From an uncultured virus (IMG/VR IMGVR_UViG_3300042509_001805) (lineage: Duplodnaviria > Heunggongvirae > Uroviricota > Caudoviricetes), in the IMG/VR virus record IMGVR_UViG_3300042509_001805, positions 1 through 64,000 of that record: DNA of 64,000 nucleotides; one strand, given 5' to 3'. This document shows positions 54,516 to 64,000 of this stretch, piece after piece. Made by a program: the position numbers and the translations under genes. The notes under the pieces were generated by a model. That model was not told the origin of the DNA and made no database searches. It saw nothing but the letters and a program-made list of their open reading frames with translations. The number at the start of each line of letters is the position of its first letter. Within the stretch, counting starts at the first letter, position 1.

Positions 54516-56753
54516 ATGAAAGTAACAAAGGTAAACGGAGAACAGGAAAATTTCTCTGTGGAAAAAATTCATAAAGTAGTTGAGTGGGCGACCAAAGGAA
54601 TTAACGGTGTGTCCTTTTCTGATGTTGAAATGAATGCTAATCTTTCGATATATGATGGAATTTCTACAAAGGAAATACATCAAGTATTGATTAAGTCTGC
54701 AAACGATCTTATTTCAATACATACGCCAAATTACCAGTATGTAGCATCTAGATTACTCAATATGCAACTCAGAAAAGAAGTCTGGAATTGTGGCAAGCGT
54801 TACAATCCGGTAGATTTTGTTGTGTTTGTAAAAAGAAATATTGATAACGGAATCTACGATCCGATATTGGAAAAGAAATGGGATAATGATCAGATTGAAG
54901 ATTTTGGTAAATATATTGACCATACCCGCGACGATTTATTTACATATGCTGGCTTGCAGCAAATGATTGATAAGTATCTTGTCAAGAATCGAAGCACTGG
55001 ACAAATTTATGAAACGCCACAGTTTGCTTATATGTGCATAGCGATGTGTCTTTTTAATACAGTCGAAGAAGTAAAACAGGCTTATGATTGTTATTCTACA
55101 TTCAAGATTAACCTTCCAACACCAATCATGGCTGGAGTTAGAACAAACATACGTCAATTTGCAAGCTGTGTTTTAGTTGACGTAGAAGATAATCTGGATA
55201 GTATTTTTTCAAGTATTCATGCAGTTGGAAAGTATACTGCTAGAAGGGCTGGTATAGGTCTTAATATAGGCCGTATGCGCCCGATAAACTCACCTATTCG
55301 TGGAGGAGAGGTTATTCACACCGGAGTTATTCCGTATTTAAAAAACTTTGAATCAGTTGTAAAGTCAACATCGCAAAACGGAATTCGTGGAGGAAGCGCA
55401 ACCGTTTATTGCCCTTGGTGGCACTATGAAATTGAAGATATTATTGTGCTGAAAAACAATGCTGGAACTGATGATAACCGAGTCCGAAAACTTGACTATT
55501 CAATTCAGTTTTGCAAATTGTTTTATGATCGACTCATCAATAATCAAGATATAACCCTTTTCAGTCCACACGAAGCAAAGGGTCTTTATGAAGCTTTTGG
55601 CAACAATAAGAAGTTTGAAGAGCTTTATTTGAAGTACGAAAACGCTCGCTCGATGAAGTTTAAAAAGAAAATACCAGCACGTAAACTTGCTGAAATTTTT
55701 GCCAGAGAACGCCTAGAAACTGGTAGGATTTATAGTATGAATCTGGATACAGCAAATGAACACGGCTCATGGGACATTCCATGTTATATGAGCAATCTTT
55801 GCTGTGAGATAGTACATCCCACAAAGCCAATAAAATCTATCGACGACCCAAACGGCGAAATTGGAATTTGTATTTTGTCTGCATTAAATCTTCTTGAAAT
55901 TTTTGAAAAAGAAGGTGATCTTGAAGAGGTTTGTAAGATAGCTGTAAAAACTCTGGACGCAGTTATTGATTATCAAGACTACCCAGTTTTGGCAGGCGAA
56001 AACTTTACAAAGAATCGTAGGTCTTTGGGTATTGGTGTTACTAATCTGGCTGGATTTTTGGCAAAGAATAAATTAAAATATGAAGACAAAGAAACCTTGA
56101 CTTTGGTTCATGGCGTTATGGAGAAAATACAATGGCATTTGATAAATGCTAGTTGCGAATTAGCTAAAGAAAAAGGAGCCTGTCCTAAGTTTAAAGACAC
56201 AAAATACGCTAAGGGTCTTATGCCAATTGACTGGTATAAAAAAACAGTTGACGAACTGGTTGCTCCAAGGTACAATATGGATTGGGAAGAGTTACGTCAA
56301 CGTGTTAAGAAATACGGTATGCGTCATTCTACACTTTCAGCGATTATGCCGTGTGAGTCTTCTAGTGTTATCCAGAACAGCACAAACGGTATCGAGCCAG
56401 TCAGAAGCTTGCTTTTGTTCAAAAAGGCCAAAAACGGCGTTTTAAAACAACTTGTTCCAAATTACCATATGCGAAAAAATTATTACACTTTAGCTTGGGA
56501 AATGACAACCAACAAGCCGATAATGAATGTTGCGGCAGTTATTCAGAAGTTTGTTGATATGAGCATGAGTACAAACTTATACTATAATTACGCTCACTAC
56601 GAAGGGGGAAATATTCCACTAAGCGTTTTAATTAAAGATCAAATTTACGGTTACAAGTATGGGCTTAAGAATTTTTACTATGCCAACACACCAGATGGTG
56701 ATGGTGATACAGAAAAAGGTATGAATTGCGAATCTGGCGCGTGTTCAATTTAA
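54516..56753 (+). CDS. nrdA: ribonucleoside-diphosphate reductase alpha subunit (class Ia, ATP cone)
   Basis: PTPIMAGVRT, QFASCVL, SNLCCEI, MPCESSS, C-terminal CESGACSI. Confidence 0.97.
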   Translation: MKVTKVNGEQENFSVEKIHKVVEWATKGINGVSFSDVEMNANLSIYDGISTKEIHQVLIKSANDLISIHTPNYQYVASRLLNMQLRKEVWNCGKRYNPVDFVVFVKRNIDNGIYDPILEKKWDNDQIEDFGKYIDHTRDDLFTYAGLQQMIDKYLVKNRSTGQIYETPQFAYMCIAMCLFNTVEEVKQAYDCYSTFKINLPTPIMAGVRTNIRQFASCVLVDVEDNLDSIFSSIHAVGKYTARRAGIGLNIGRMRPINSPIRGGEVIHTGVIPYLKNFESVVKSTSQNGIRGGSATVYCPWWHYEIEDIIVLKNNAGTDDNRVRKLDYSIQFCKLFYDRLINNQDITLFSPHEAKGLYEAFGNNKKFEELYLKYENARSMKFKKKIPARKLAEIFARERLETGRIYSMNLDTANEHGSWDIPCYMSNLCCEIVHPTKPIKSIDDPNGEIGICILSALNLLEIFEKEGDLEEVCKIAVKTLDAVIDYQDYPVLAGENFTKNRRSLGIGVTNLAGFLAKNKLKYEDKETLTLVHGVMEKIQWHLINASCELAKEKGACPKFKDTKYAKGLMPIDWYKKTVDELVAPRYNMDWEELRQRVKKYGMRHSTLSAIMPCESSSVIQNSTNGIEPVRSLLLFKKAKNGVLKQLVPNYHMRKNYYTLAWEMTTNKPIMNVAAVIQKFVDMSMSTNLYYNYAHYEGGNIPLSVLIKDQIYGYKYGLKNFYYANTPDGDGDTEKGMNCESGACSI

Positions 56754-56763
56754 AGAGGTATAA

Positions 56764-57834
56764 ATGAAAACTATTTTCAACACAGTAAATGTAGACCCAA
56801 TGACTCAACCACTTTTCCTTGGTAAAGATTTAGGGGTTCAAAGATATGATATTATTAAGTATCCTATATTCAAAGAGCTTGATAGCAAGCAAATGATGAA
56901 CTTTTGGCGACCAGAAGAAATCGAACTTAAAAAAGATCGTGGCGATTTTAAGGAAATGTCCGAGAACGAAAAGTTTATTTTTACGTCTAATCTTAAGTAT
57001 CAAACAATGTTGGATAGCGTTATTTGTCGCGGAGTTCCAACACTGTTGGAATATGTAACAAATAGCGAGCTTGAGGCGTGTTTGATGACATGGCAATTCT
57101 TTGAAAAAATCCATTCTCAAAGTTATAGCTATATCATTCAAAATGTTTACGCAGATAGCAAAGAAATCTTTGATGGTATTTATGAAGATCGAGAAATCAT
57201 GAAAAGGGCCAATAGCGCCATCGAAGACTACAACAATTTGATGGGCATGACTTGTGATACAAATAAAATTTCTGACATAAAAAAACAAATTTATATGACT
57301 ATTGTGAGTATAAATATTCTGGAAGCGGTTCGTTTTTATGTTAGTTTTGTGTGCAGCTTCGCTTTTGCTGAAAATAAGAAAATGGCTGGAAATGCAGATA
57401 TAATCAAGCTAATCAAGCGAGATGAAGCGTTACATCTAGCAAATACTCAGCAAATTCTGAAGATTTTACACAACGAAGAATCGGAAGGTTTTATTAAAAC
57501 GTCACAACAATGCGAAGAAGCAGCTTGTGAACTGTTTAACAGAGCCGCAAAAGAGGAAAAGGAATGGGCATCTTATTTGTTTAAGAATGGCTCGATTATA
57601 GGTCTAAACGAAACTGTACTACATCAGTACATCGACTGGCTTGTAATGTCAAGACGCAAAGCGATTGGATTGCCCTATGAAAATGTTGGCAAAAATCCAA
57701 TTGCAGGATGGACAGAACACTGGATGAATAGTGAGGCTGTTCAAGTTGCTCCGCAAGAACATGAAATTACCTCATACAAAATAGGAGCTAGTAAAAATGA
57801 TCTTGACGACATAGATTTTGGAGGCGTGTTATGA
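56764..57834 (+). CDS. nrdB: ribonucleoside-diphosphate reductase beta subunit
   Basis: FWRPEEI, E.IHS.SY, LEAVRFYVSF, RDEALH, VAPQE.EI.SY. Confidence 0.97.
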   Translation: MKTIFNTVNVDPMTQPLFLGKDLGVQRYDIIKYPIFKELDSKQMMNFWRPEEIELKKDRGDFKEMSENEKFIFTSNLKYQTMLDSVICRGVPTLLEYVTNSELEACLMTWQFFEKIHSQSYSYIIQNVYADSKEIFDGIYEDREIMKRANSAIEDYNNLMGMTCDTNKISDIKKQIYMTIVSINILEAVRFYVSFVCSFAFAENKKMAGNADIIKLIKRDEALHLANTQQILKILHNEESEGFIKTSQQCEEAACELFNRAAKEEKEWASYLFKNGSIIGLNETVLHQYIDWLVMSRRKAIGLPYENVGKNPIAGWTEHWMNSEAVQVAPQEHEITSYKIGASKNDLDDIDFGGVL

Positions 57835-58451
57835 AAGCTCTGCAAAGAACTGCGTCTGTTTTGTTTCTATCTCTTGTTTCCGTTTTTTTAATTTGTTCGA
57901 GTATTTATAGTCAAACATGTTTTATAAGGTGTGAACCAGACAAGGAAACCGGAGGCGGAGCTTGCGGATCTGGCTTTTTTATTTCAAAAAATGAAATTTT
58001 AACTGCGGCCCATGTAATAAATGACGCAAATAATGTTAGAATTGAATTTGATGGAAAGTATTTTAAAGCTTTCGTTGTTAGACAAGATGCCACTAAAGAT
58101 TTAGCCCTTCTAAGAATAGAAGAAGAGCATGATAAATTTTATAAACTTAGTGACTCTTTCGGTAAAGCTGACCAAAAAGTAACTTGTTTTGGTTTTCCTA
58201 GAGGTGTTTGGACCTTGTATAAGTCAAGTGGTGTTATTAAGGAAGTTAATAGCGTTACAAGAGATTCTAGATATAAAGACAATCCGAGGATGGAATATGC
58301 TGTATTAATGGAAGTTACGAATGGAATGTCTGGAGGACCACTTCTTACTGAAGATAAAACCGTAATAGGGGTTTTAAGCAGCAAGAATATTATTGGCGAA
58401 CCAAGAGCTAATTTTATTGCTCTTGAAGATATAAAAAAGTTTCTTGACTAA
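57831..58451 (+). CDS. secreted trypsin-like serine protease
   Basis: GSGF, LTAAHV, DLALL, GMSGGP. Confidence 0.9.
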   Translation: MKALQRTASVLFLSLVSVFLICSSIYSQTCFIRCEPDKETGGGACGSGFFISKNEILTAAHVINDANNVRIEFDGKYFKAFVVRQDATKDLALLRIEEEHDKFYKLSDSFGKADQKVTCFGFPRGVWTLYKSSGVIKEVNSVTRDSRYKDNPRMEYAVLMEVTNGMSGGPLLTEDKTVIGVLSSKNIIGEPRANFIALEDIKKFLD

Positions 58452-58461
58452 GTAAAATAAA

Positions 58462-58547
58462 GCGCGGGCCAAGTGGTTGGCAGTATTTAACTTAAATGAC
58501 GATTAATGTTAAATACAGCAGTGCTGGTTCGACTCCAGCCCCTCGCC
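58462..58547 (+). ncRNA. tRNA-like RNA with elongated anticodon arm
   Basis: GCGCGGG/CCCTCGC, GCCA-AGTGGT-TGGC, GTATTTAAC..GTTAAATAC, GCTGG-TTCGACT-CCAGC. Confidence 0.55.
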
Positions 58548-58581
58548 TTTTTAATTTTAATTTTGATTTGAGGGAAAATTT

Positions 58582-59265
58582 ATGCAAAATAAAGTTGAAC
58601 TTATGAGCCCTGATGGATATTATGGAAGCGATGAAATTATTGCTTGCAGTGCGTGGACTTCTACTAGTCGCGATTTAAATGATGAAAAGCGTGGCCGTAT
58701 TGGTAAACTAATTAAGATGTTGTGGGAGAATGGGCATGAAACGCCTTTTGAAAAGGGGATTGTTCACTTTCTTGTGGATACAGATATTGCTACGCACATT
58801 CATTTACTCAAACATCGCATTAGCAGTATCAATGCTGAGTCTGCACGGTATAAAGAACTAAAAGAAGATAAGTATTATCTACCGGAAGACTGGCGAGGCA
58901 TAATGGCTAAAACAAACGCATTAGTAATTGGGGATTCTAATGATGATAAAGACTGGATAAAATTACTAGAACAATATACTAATATAGGAAATAAGTTGTA
59001 TCACGATTGTTTAAAAGATTTATCGCCCGTTCTTGGTCGCAAGCGAGCCAAAGAATCGGCCCGTTTCTTCAAAACATACAACAGTCAGATTCAGAGCGAC
59101 ATTATGTTTAATATGCGTAGCTTTGCTAATTTTCTAAAACTAAGACTATCTCCAAACGCACAACTTGAAATCCGCGAAATCGCTCAACAAATGTTGCATT
59201 TGGTTAAGAATATTGAAGGTAATCCATTTAAGTACACTTTAGAAGCGTGGGGATATCAACAATGA
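58582..59265 (+). CDS. thyX: FAD-dependent thymidylate synthase
   Basis: GHETPFE, KHR..S.N.ESARY, KESAR, LRL...AQ.EIR. Confidence 0.92.
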   Translation: MQNKVELMSPDGYYGSDEIIACSAWTSTSRDLNDEKRGRIGKLIKMLWENGHETPFEKGIVHFLVDTDIATHIHLLKHRISSINAESARYKELKEDKYYLPEDWRGIMAKTNALVIGDSNDDKDWIKLLEQYTNIGNKLYHDCLKDLSPVLGRKRAKESARFFKTYNSQIQSDIMFNMRSFANFLKLRLSPNAQLEIREIAQQMLHLVKNIEGNPFKYTLEAWGYQQ

Positions 59266-59407
59266 GCTACAATGAATTAATCAAAGAGTTGCAATCGTAA
59301 CTATGGAAATTATGATAAATTTGGTTACGATAAAAAATCTACTCAAGATAACCACGAACCAGATTGTTTGCATCGACTGGCTAGTGAACTTTTAGAAGGA
59401 AAAGAAA

Positions 59408-59857
59408 ATGGACAGAAGAACTTTTAATAAATCAATTGCTGCCACTTATGGATTGGTTGCATTTCCGCAACTAATAGAAGAAAATAAGCAACCCGCTCAG
59501 CCGACTCTTAAAAACTTTAATATTAAACTTTCTTATGGGTACGAATTTAATGCTCCAGATATCGATATGGTGTTGACATATGGAGATATTGAGTTAGAAT
59601 TTTATGTGTATAGCGTCGAATATAAATTTCCTAATGTAGAGCCATTGATAGAATCATCGCTGGGTAAGAATCGTATTTATTACACACTTTTGAGTATTGA
59701 CTTTTATCTCGATGGAATGAAAATCGATCCGCTTGATATCAACGATAAAGAAACAAAATATGAAGTAGTATTAAATATAACGGAAGATATAACCAAGAGA
59801 AAATGTGCAGTACTTCTACACGAAGTTGTTTTAAAAGAAAGGCGGCAGTTATGCTAG
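59408..59857 (+). CDS. hypothetical protein with Tat-like RRTF N-terminus
   Basis: MDRRTF. Confidence 0.55.
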   Translation: MDRRTFNKSIAATYGLVAFPQLIEENKQPAQPTLKNFNIKLSYGYEFNAPDIDMVLTYGDIELEFYVYSVEYKFPNVEPLIESSLGKNRIYYTLLSIDFYLDGMKIDPLDINDKETKYEVVLNITEDITKRKCAVLLHEVVLKERRQLC

Positions 59858-60513
59858 TTGTTGGTGATGTTCACGGAAAATTCAACGAATACTACAATCT
59901 TGTCAAAGATGCAAGATCTTCGTTTCAAATTGGAGATTTTGGATTTGGGCAAGCTTGGAATGCGCTTAATTATTCTGAACTTGACCACAAGTTTCATAAA
60001 GTTGGTCAGGGAAACCACGACCCACATGACTCGCTACATGGTGATGTTAAATATTGGACTGGACGTTATGGGCCAGTTAATGTTGACGGTCACAATATAT
60101 TCTGGATTGGCGGCGCATTAAGTATCGATTTGGTTTATAGAGTTGCTGATTGGGTAAACAATAATAGAAATCCAGCCAGTCGCTCTTGGTGGGCTAACGA
60201 ACAGCTTACATATCAAGAAATGCGCGATTGTGAAAAAAAATGGAAAAACAAAAAACCAACCGTGGTATTTAGTCATACTTGCCCAAGCTCTATTATATTA
60301 AATCATTTCAATGGAAATAAGGGTACTAATATAATGGATACTTACGGATGGGGTTCTGGCTATACCGATATGACCAGTCAATTCCTAGAGCATTTGTGGG
60401 GCATTCACAAGCCTGATTTATGGATCTTTGGACACTTTCATAAATCGTGGAATCAAGTTATAGACGGAACAGAATTTCGCTGTTTAGCAGAACTGGAAAC
60501 TTTTAGTTTATAG
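59851..60513 (+). CDS. calcineurin-like metallophosphoesterase
   Basis: GDVHG, GDFG, GNHD, SHTCP, FGHFH. Confidence 0.9.
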   Translation: MLVVGDVHGKFNEYYNLVKDARSSFQIGDFGFGQAWNALNYSELDHKFHKVGQGNHDPHDSLHGDVKYWTGRYGPVNVDGHNIFWIGGALSIDLVYRVADWVNNNRNPASRSWWANEQLTYQEMRDCEKKWKNKKPTVVFSHTCPSSIILNHFNGNKGTNIMDTYGWGSGYTDMTSQFLEHLWGIHKPDLWIFGHFHKSWNQVIDGTEFRCLAELETFSL

Positions 60514-60601
60514 GAATTTTAAATGGAAATGATAGTTGCTTTATTTTTAGTTTGTTTTATGTTTGAATTTTTTTGTATGATCACTGATCAATGAGGTAAA
60601 A

Positions 60602-60916
60602 ATGAACCCTTATGACATAATAACTAGTATTTTTTCAAAAGACGGTTTTTCAAATGAATTATTTTCTGTAAAGTTCAAAGACTCTATAAATGTAAAGATA
60701 GAGCAAAATAAAGAAGGCTTTTTAGTGTCCTTTATTGATAGCAAGCCTACAATAAAAGTAAACAAATACGTTTCGTTGTCTTTGACTGTTAATTCAATCC
60801 TTCTAAGAAAAAATAGTGGAGTTTTTCAAATCGATTATTTCCCAGATATTCCTTTTAGATACGATTGGATTTTTGGTGAAAATAACCCAGAAGGAGAATC
60901 AAATGAATTACAATAA
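60602..60916 (+). CDS. hypothetical protein
   Basis: GAGG RBS. Confidence 0.6.
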   Translation: MNPYDIITSIFSKDGFSNELFSVKFKDSINVKIEQNKEGFLVSFIDSKPTIKVNKYVSLSLTVNSILLRKNSGVFQIDYFPDIPFRYDWIFGENNPEGESNELQ

Positions 60917-61211
60917 TTTGCACGATGAAATAAATGCTAAATATGCAAATAGTCCTAGCAGGAAAAAATTAGCTGAAAAATGTTTAGAAAAAGCAAAAGA
61001 GTGGCTGGATAATTTTTCTGACGAAAACGACATTTCAAATTTGACCAATGTCGATATCAAAAAAATGAAGCGCGAATGTACAGCTTATGTCAAAAAAAAC
61101 GTTGATACAGGTGAAGAGCGTAAAATTTACGGCTCAGTTTTGCTTATGATTATTATGGGGGCGATTGTTTCTTGGTTAGTACAAAGACTTTTGGATGAAC
61201 TTTTCGATTAA
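60903..61211 (+). CDS. hypothetical membrane-anchored protein
   Basis: AGGAG RBS; C-terminal TM segment. Confidence 0.65.
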   Translation: MNYNNLHDEINAKYANSPSRKKLAEKCLEKAKEWLDNFSDENDISNLTNVDIKKMKRECTAYVKKNVDTGEERKIYGSVLLMIIMGAIVSWLVQRLLDELFD

Positions 61212-61222
61212 AGGTAAAAATA

Positions 61223-61525
61223 ATGAATAATCTTGAAGACTATATTTCTAAAGTTAAACAATGGCATTATGACAGAAATCTCATCGAAGGAAGCAGTGAT
61301 AAAGATCAAACTTTGAAACTGCTACAAGAACTTGGAGAACTGTCCGATAGTGTTTGCAAGGGAAACGATATTCGTGACGATATTGGAGATATGTTAGTAG
61401 TTTTAATCAATATTGCTGAACGAAATAAGCTAAATCTTGAGGAGTGTTTGGCTAAGGCTTGGGATGATATCAAGGATAGAAAAGGAAGAATGGTTGATGG
61501 TATTTTTGTTAAAGACGTTAATTAA
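61223..61525 (+). CDS. MazG-like nucleotide pyrophosphohydrolase
   Basis: KL.QELGEL, DDIGD.LVVL, IKDRKG.MVDG.FVK. Confidence 0.88.
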   Translation: MNNLEDYISKVKQWHYDRNLIEGSSDKDQTLKLLQELGELSDSVCKGNDIRDDIGDMLVVLINIAERNKLNLEECLAKAWDDIKDRKGRMVDGIFVKDVN

Positions 61526-61582
61526 CAATAAAAAATGCGTATAGTATTTTGTATCCAGTAATTAGAACTTTAGTACAACCAT

Positions 61583-62575
61583 ATGCCAAACCCATTTATA
61601 CCCCCGAATAATAGAATTTTTTATGCTTGTCAAGCCATACTGTTAGATGGCGTATACTTTGAGGGTGTGCAAAGCGCTGGAGTAAACTGGGATTTAACAA
61701 CAGAAATGCTGTTAGATAATACCAAAATAAGACAGCAAAAACATAGGTTTGGAAAACAGTCATATACAGTTACCATTTCTAGGGTTATTCCTAGAAGTGG
61801 TTCTTTTTTTTATTCATCTGCAACCCATCCATTATTGACAACCCTAAAAGGACCAATTCCTCCCACAAAAGATATATCTTTGATTTATGGTCCAGATAGT
61901 CAGTCTCATATAAGTAAAAATGACCAAACTATATCAAAAATTACTTACAATGATTCAATACTGACCTCTATTTCATATAGCATAAAAATTGATGGTCCAA
62001 TAACTGAAAATTTGACCTTTCAAAGTCATTCTTACACCAAGTCTAATGATACTATAAATTTAAATTCTACGCTGCCACAAAATGGGGCAACTATAAGAAG
62101 ACAGGATATTTCTTTTAGCGGTGGCTCGGCATCGACACTTCCAACAGAAGTTTTAAACGCTTTCAATATAGGTAATTCTATTGATGGAAAACCTGTGTAT
62201 GGTCTTCAGTCAATCGAAATTAATATAGAAATGAATTACAGAGATTTGCTGGACAATGGAACTTGGAATAGAAGTAGCGGAACAAAACAATTCAAACTTG
62301 TAGAAGTTCCAATTTCTGTAACTTCTTCTTTTATAGGTGTTATGCGATCACATTATGACGAAAGTCGCCCAAACATAGACCCAAGTTATTACGACACAAA
62401 TAGAACTATAGATTTAAAAGCAGTTGTTGATGGATCTGTTTTTAGATGGAATTTAGGAACCGACAATTATTTAACTGGTTTCGATTTCTCTGGTGGAGAT
62501 ACGGAGGGTGGAAATGTAGAAGCTACTCTTAGTTATCAGAATGACAGCAGTGATTTTTATTTTACAAAGTCATAA
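61583..62575 (+). CDS. putative structural (tail-tube-like) protein
   Basis: NNRIFYACQA start, beta-rich composition; function inferred only. Confidence 0.45.
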   Translation: MPNPFIPPNNRIFYACQAILLDGVYFEGVQSAGVNWDLTTEMLLDNTKIRQQKHRFGKQSYTVTISRVIPRSGSFFYSSATHPLLTTLKGPIPPTKDISLIYGPDSQSHISKNDQTISKITYNDSILTSISYSIKIDGPITENLTFQSHSYTKSNDTINLNSTLPQNGATIRRQDISFSGGSASTLPTEVLNAFNIGNSIDGKPVYGLQSIEINIEMNYRDLLDNGTWNRSSGTKQFKLVEVPISVTSSFIGVMRSHYDESRPNIDPSYYDTNRTIDLKAVVDGSVFRWNLGTDNYLTGFDFSGGDTEGGNVEATLSYQNDSSDFYFTKS

Positions 62576-62594
62576 TTCCGTAAAGGAAAAATAA

Positions 62595-63263
62595 ATGGCG
62601 AAAAAAAGGCAGGCGCAAAAACAATCAGTAAGACCTTCTCGTAAAACATTAAAACCAAAAACAAAAAATCAAGAAAATTACATTATAGCTATGGCAGAAT
62701 CAGACATAACATTTTGTTCTGGTCCAGCCGGATCTGGTAAAACTGCGGTTGCAGTTGGTTTAGCTTGTGAATATATTCTTGCAAATAAAGTTGAAAAAAT
62801 AGTTATAACTCGACCTGTTGTTGAATCTGGTAGAGGTCTTGGGTTTTTACCGGGAACTTTAACCGAAAAAGTACAACCGTATTTAGTTCCAATAATCGAA
62901 GAAATGAAACTATATCTTGGTATAGACACATACAATTTAATGCGGGCTTCAAATATAATAGAGATTTGCCCACTAGAATATATGCGCGGAAGAAATTTTC
63001 ATAATACATTTATGATTCTAGACGAAGGTCAAAATGCTACATTCGAGCAAATAAAAATGTTTTTAACTAGAATAGGAATAAACTCCAAGGCTATAGTAAA
63101 TGGCGACCTAGATCAAACTGATTTAAGAGGCGGTGATTACGGCGGGTTACATGAATGCATGAAACTTTTAGATGACTTAGAGGGTGTAGCTATTTGCAAA
63201 CTCGATTATTCAGATATTGTTAGAAACGGAATAATATCAAGGGTTTTAAGTAGACTGCGTTAA
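62595..63263 (+). CDS. phoH: PhoH-family ATPase
   Basis: GPAGSGKT, LGFLPG, PLEYMRGR, ILDE.QN, GD..Q.D. Confidence 0.95.
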   Translation: MAKKRQAQKQSVRPSRKTLKPKTKNQENYIIAMAESDITFCSGPAGSGKTAVAVGLACEYILANKVEKIVITRPVVESGRGLGFLPGTLTEKVQPYLVPIIEEMKLYLGIDTYNLMRASNIIEICPLEYMRGRNFHNTFMILDEGQNATFEQIKMFLTRIGINSKAIVNGDLDQTDLRGGDYGGLHECMKLLDDLEGVAICKLDYSDIVRNGIISRVLSRLR

Positions 63264-63340
63264 CATTAGATTTTTTGTGTTTTATGGGCTGCTTTGTATT
63301 ACTATAAATACAGCAGCCTTTATTTTTGATAGGATGGAAA

Positions 63341-63694
63341 ATGCCAACTTACGATTTTGAATGCGAGCCGTGCGCCTATATCACGGAAATAAGACAAAGT
63401 GCCAGTGAACCAAATATATTGAAATGTCCAATTTGCGAACAGGAAACGCTTAAAAAAGTTTTTATCTCCGCTCCAACTGTATTCGTTCGCGGAGAACCAA
63501 CAACGATAGGCCAATTAGCAGAACGAAATACAAGCAAAATTGGCAAATATGAGCTAGAAACTAAAAGAGAAAGTGATAAAATTCAAACCGCTGTAAGCGA
63601 AGAAGTAAAAAAGAAAAGAAAAGAACATAGAGCAATTCAGTCAATGACGCCAGAACAACAAGTTAAATATATAAAAACTGGGGAAATGCCTTGA
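63341..63694 (+). CDS. FmdB-family zinc-ribbon protein
   Basis: MPTYDFECEPC...CPIC. Confidence 0.8.
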   Translation: MPTYDFECEPCAYITEIRQSASEPNILKCPICEQETLKKVFISAPTVFVRGEPTTIGQLAERNTSKIGKYELETKRESDKIQTAVSEEVKKKRKEHRAIQSMTPEQQVKYIKTGEMP

Positions 63695-63990
63695 ATCCAT
63701 ACGAAGCAAAATTTACTGAACTACTGAAAAAACATTACGAGTCAGTAACTCAACAAATAACAGAAAAACCTAGAAAAACAAATCCTCATATTGCAGTTTT
63801 GACATTCAAAATTGATGTTCGCGAGCTAGATAATCAAGGTATTATGGGAGAATCTATTTTGAGCAAGTCGGAATTATTGAAATATGGAATGAGTAATAAA
63901 GCACAAATTTTGATCAAAGGCGAAACAGAAGCTGATTGTATAAAAAAAGTAAAAGACATATTGGAGAATATAGATGCAAAATCCAGATGA
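63691..63990 (+). CDS. hypothetical protein
   Basis: ORF. Confidence 0.55.
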   Translation: MNPYEAKFTELLKKHYESVTQQITEKPRKTNPHIAVLTFKIDVRELDNQGIMGESILSKSELLKYGMSNKAQILIKGETEADCIKKVKDILENIDAKSR

Positions 63991-64000
63991 TGAAGTTTTA

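Noticed and set aside
54516..57834. Introns or inteins in nrdA/nrdB
   Set aside because: Both ORFs are continuous and of normal length.
1..64000. Stop-codon reassignment
   Set aside because: Conserved genes (nrdA, nrdB, gmd, guaC, thyX, phoH) are full length in the standard code, and TAA, TAG and TGA all terminate genes.

Overview
A 64-kb segment of a large dsDNA bacteriophage genome. The likely host is a planctomycete, because it carries a DUF1559 prepilin-type gene with the H-X9-DG motif. Positions 1-4.1 kb are a minus-strand block: ClpP-like protease, ERCC4-like nuclease, HNH, gmd and a sigma-factor-like gene. Positions ~4.9-22 kb look like an early/host-takeover region. It holds dozens of tiny ORFs behind >20 near-consensus TTGACA-N16-TATAAT promoters, and is cut into modules by 12 copies of a composite repeat: a TGTACA pair, a GC-rich tract and a 29-bp imperfect palindrome CGTAAGTCCT-N9-AGGACTTACG. 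The asymmetric core of that palindrome flips polarity once along the array. Five copies are abutted at fixed distance by an antisense sigma54-type -24/-12 motif. A second ~48-bp repeat family also occurs in this region. The rest of the window holds metabolic and replication genes (UvsE, UDP-glucose dehydrogenase, GuaC, SSB, NrdAB, ThyX, MazG, PhoH, glycosyltransferases, proteases). It also has an unusually rich RNA complement: canonical tRNAs, a compact tmRNA, a tRNA-Leu(UAA) split by a group I intron carrying three T-loop hairpins, at least seven aberrant tRNA-like RNAs and other candidate structured RNAs. All calls come from reading the sequence by eye; no database searches were run.
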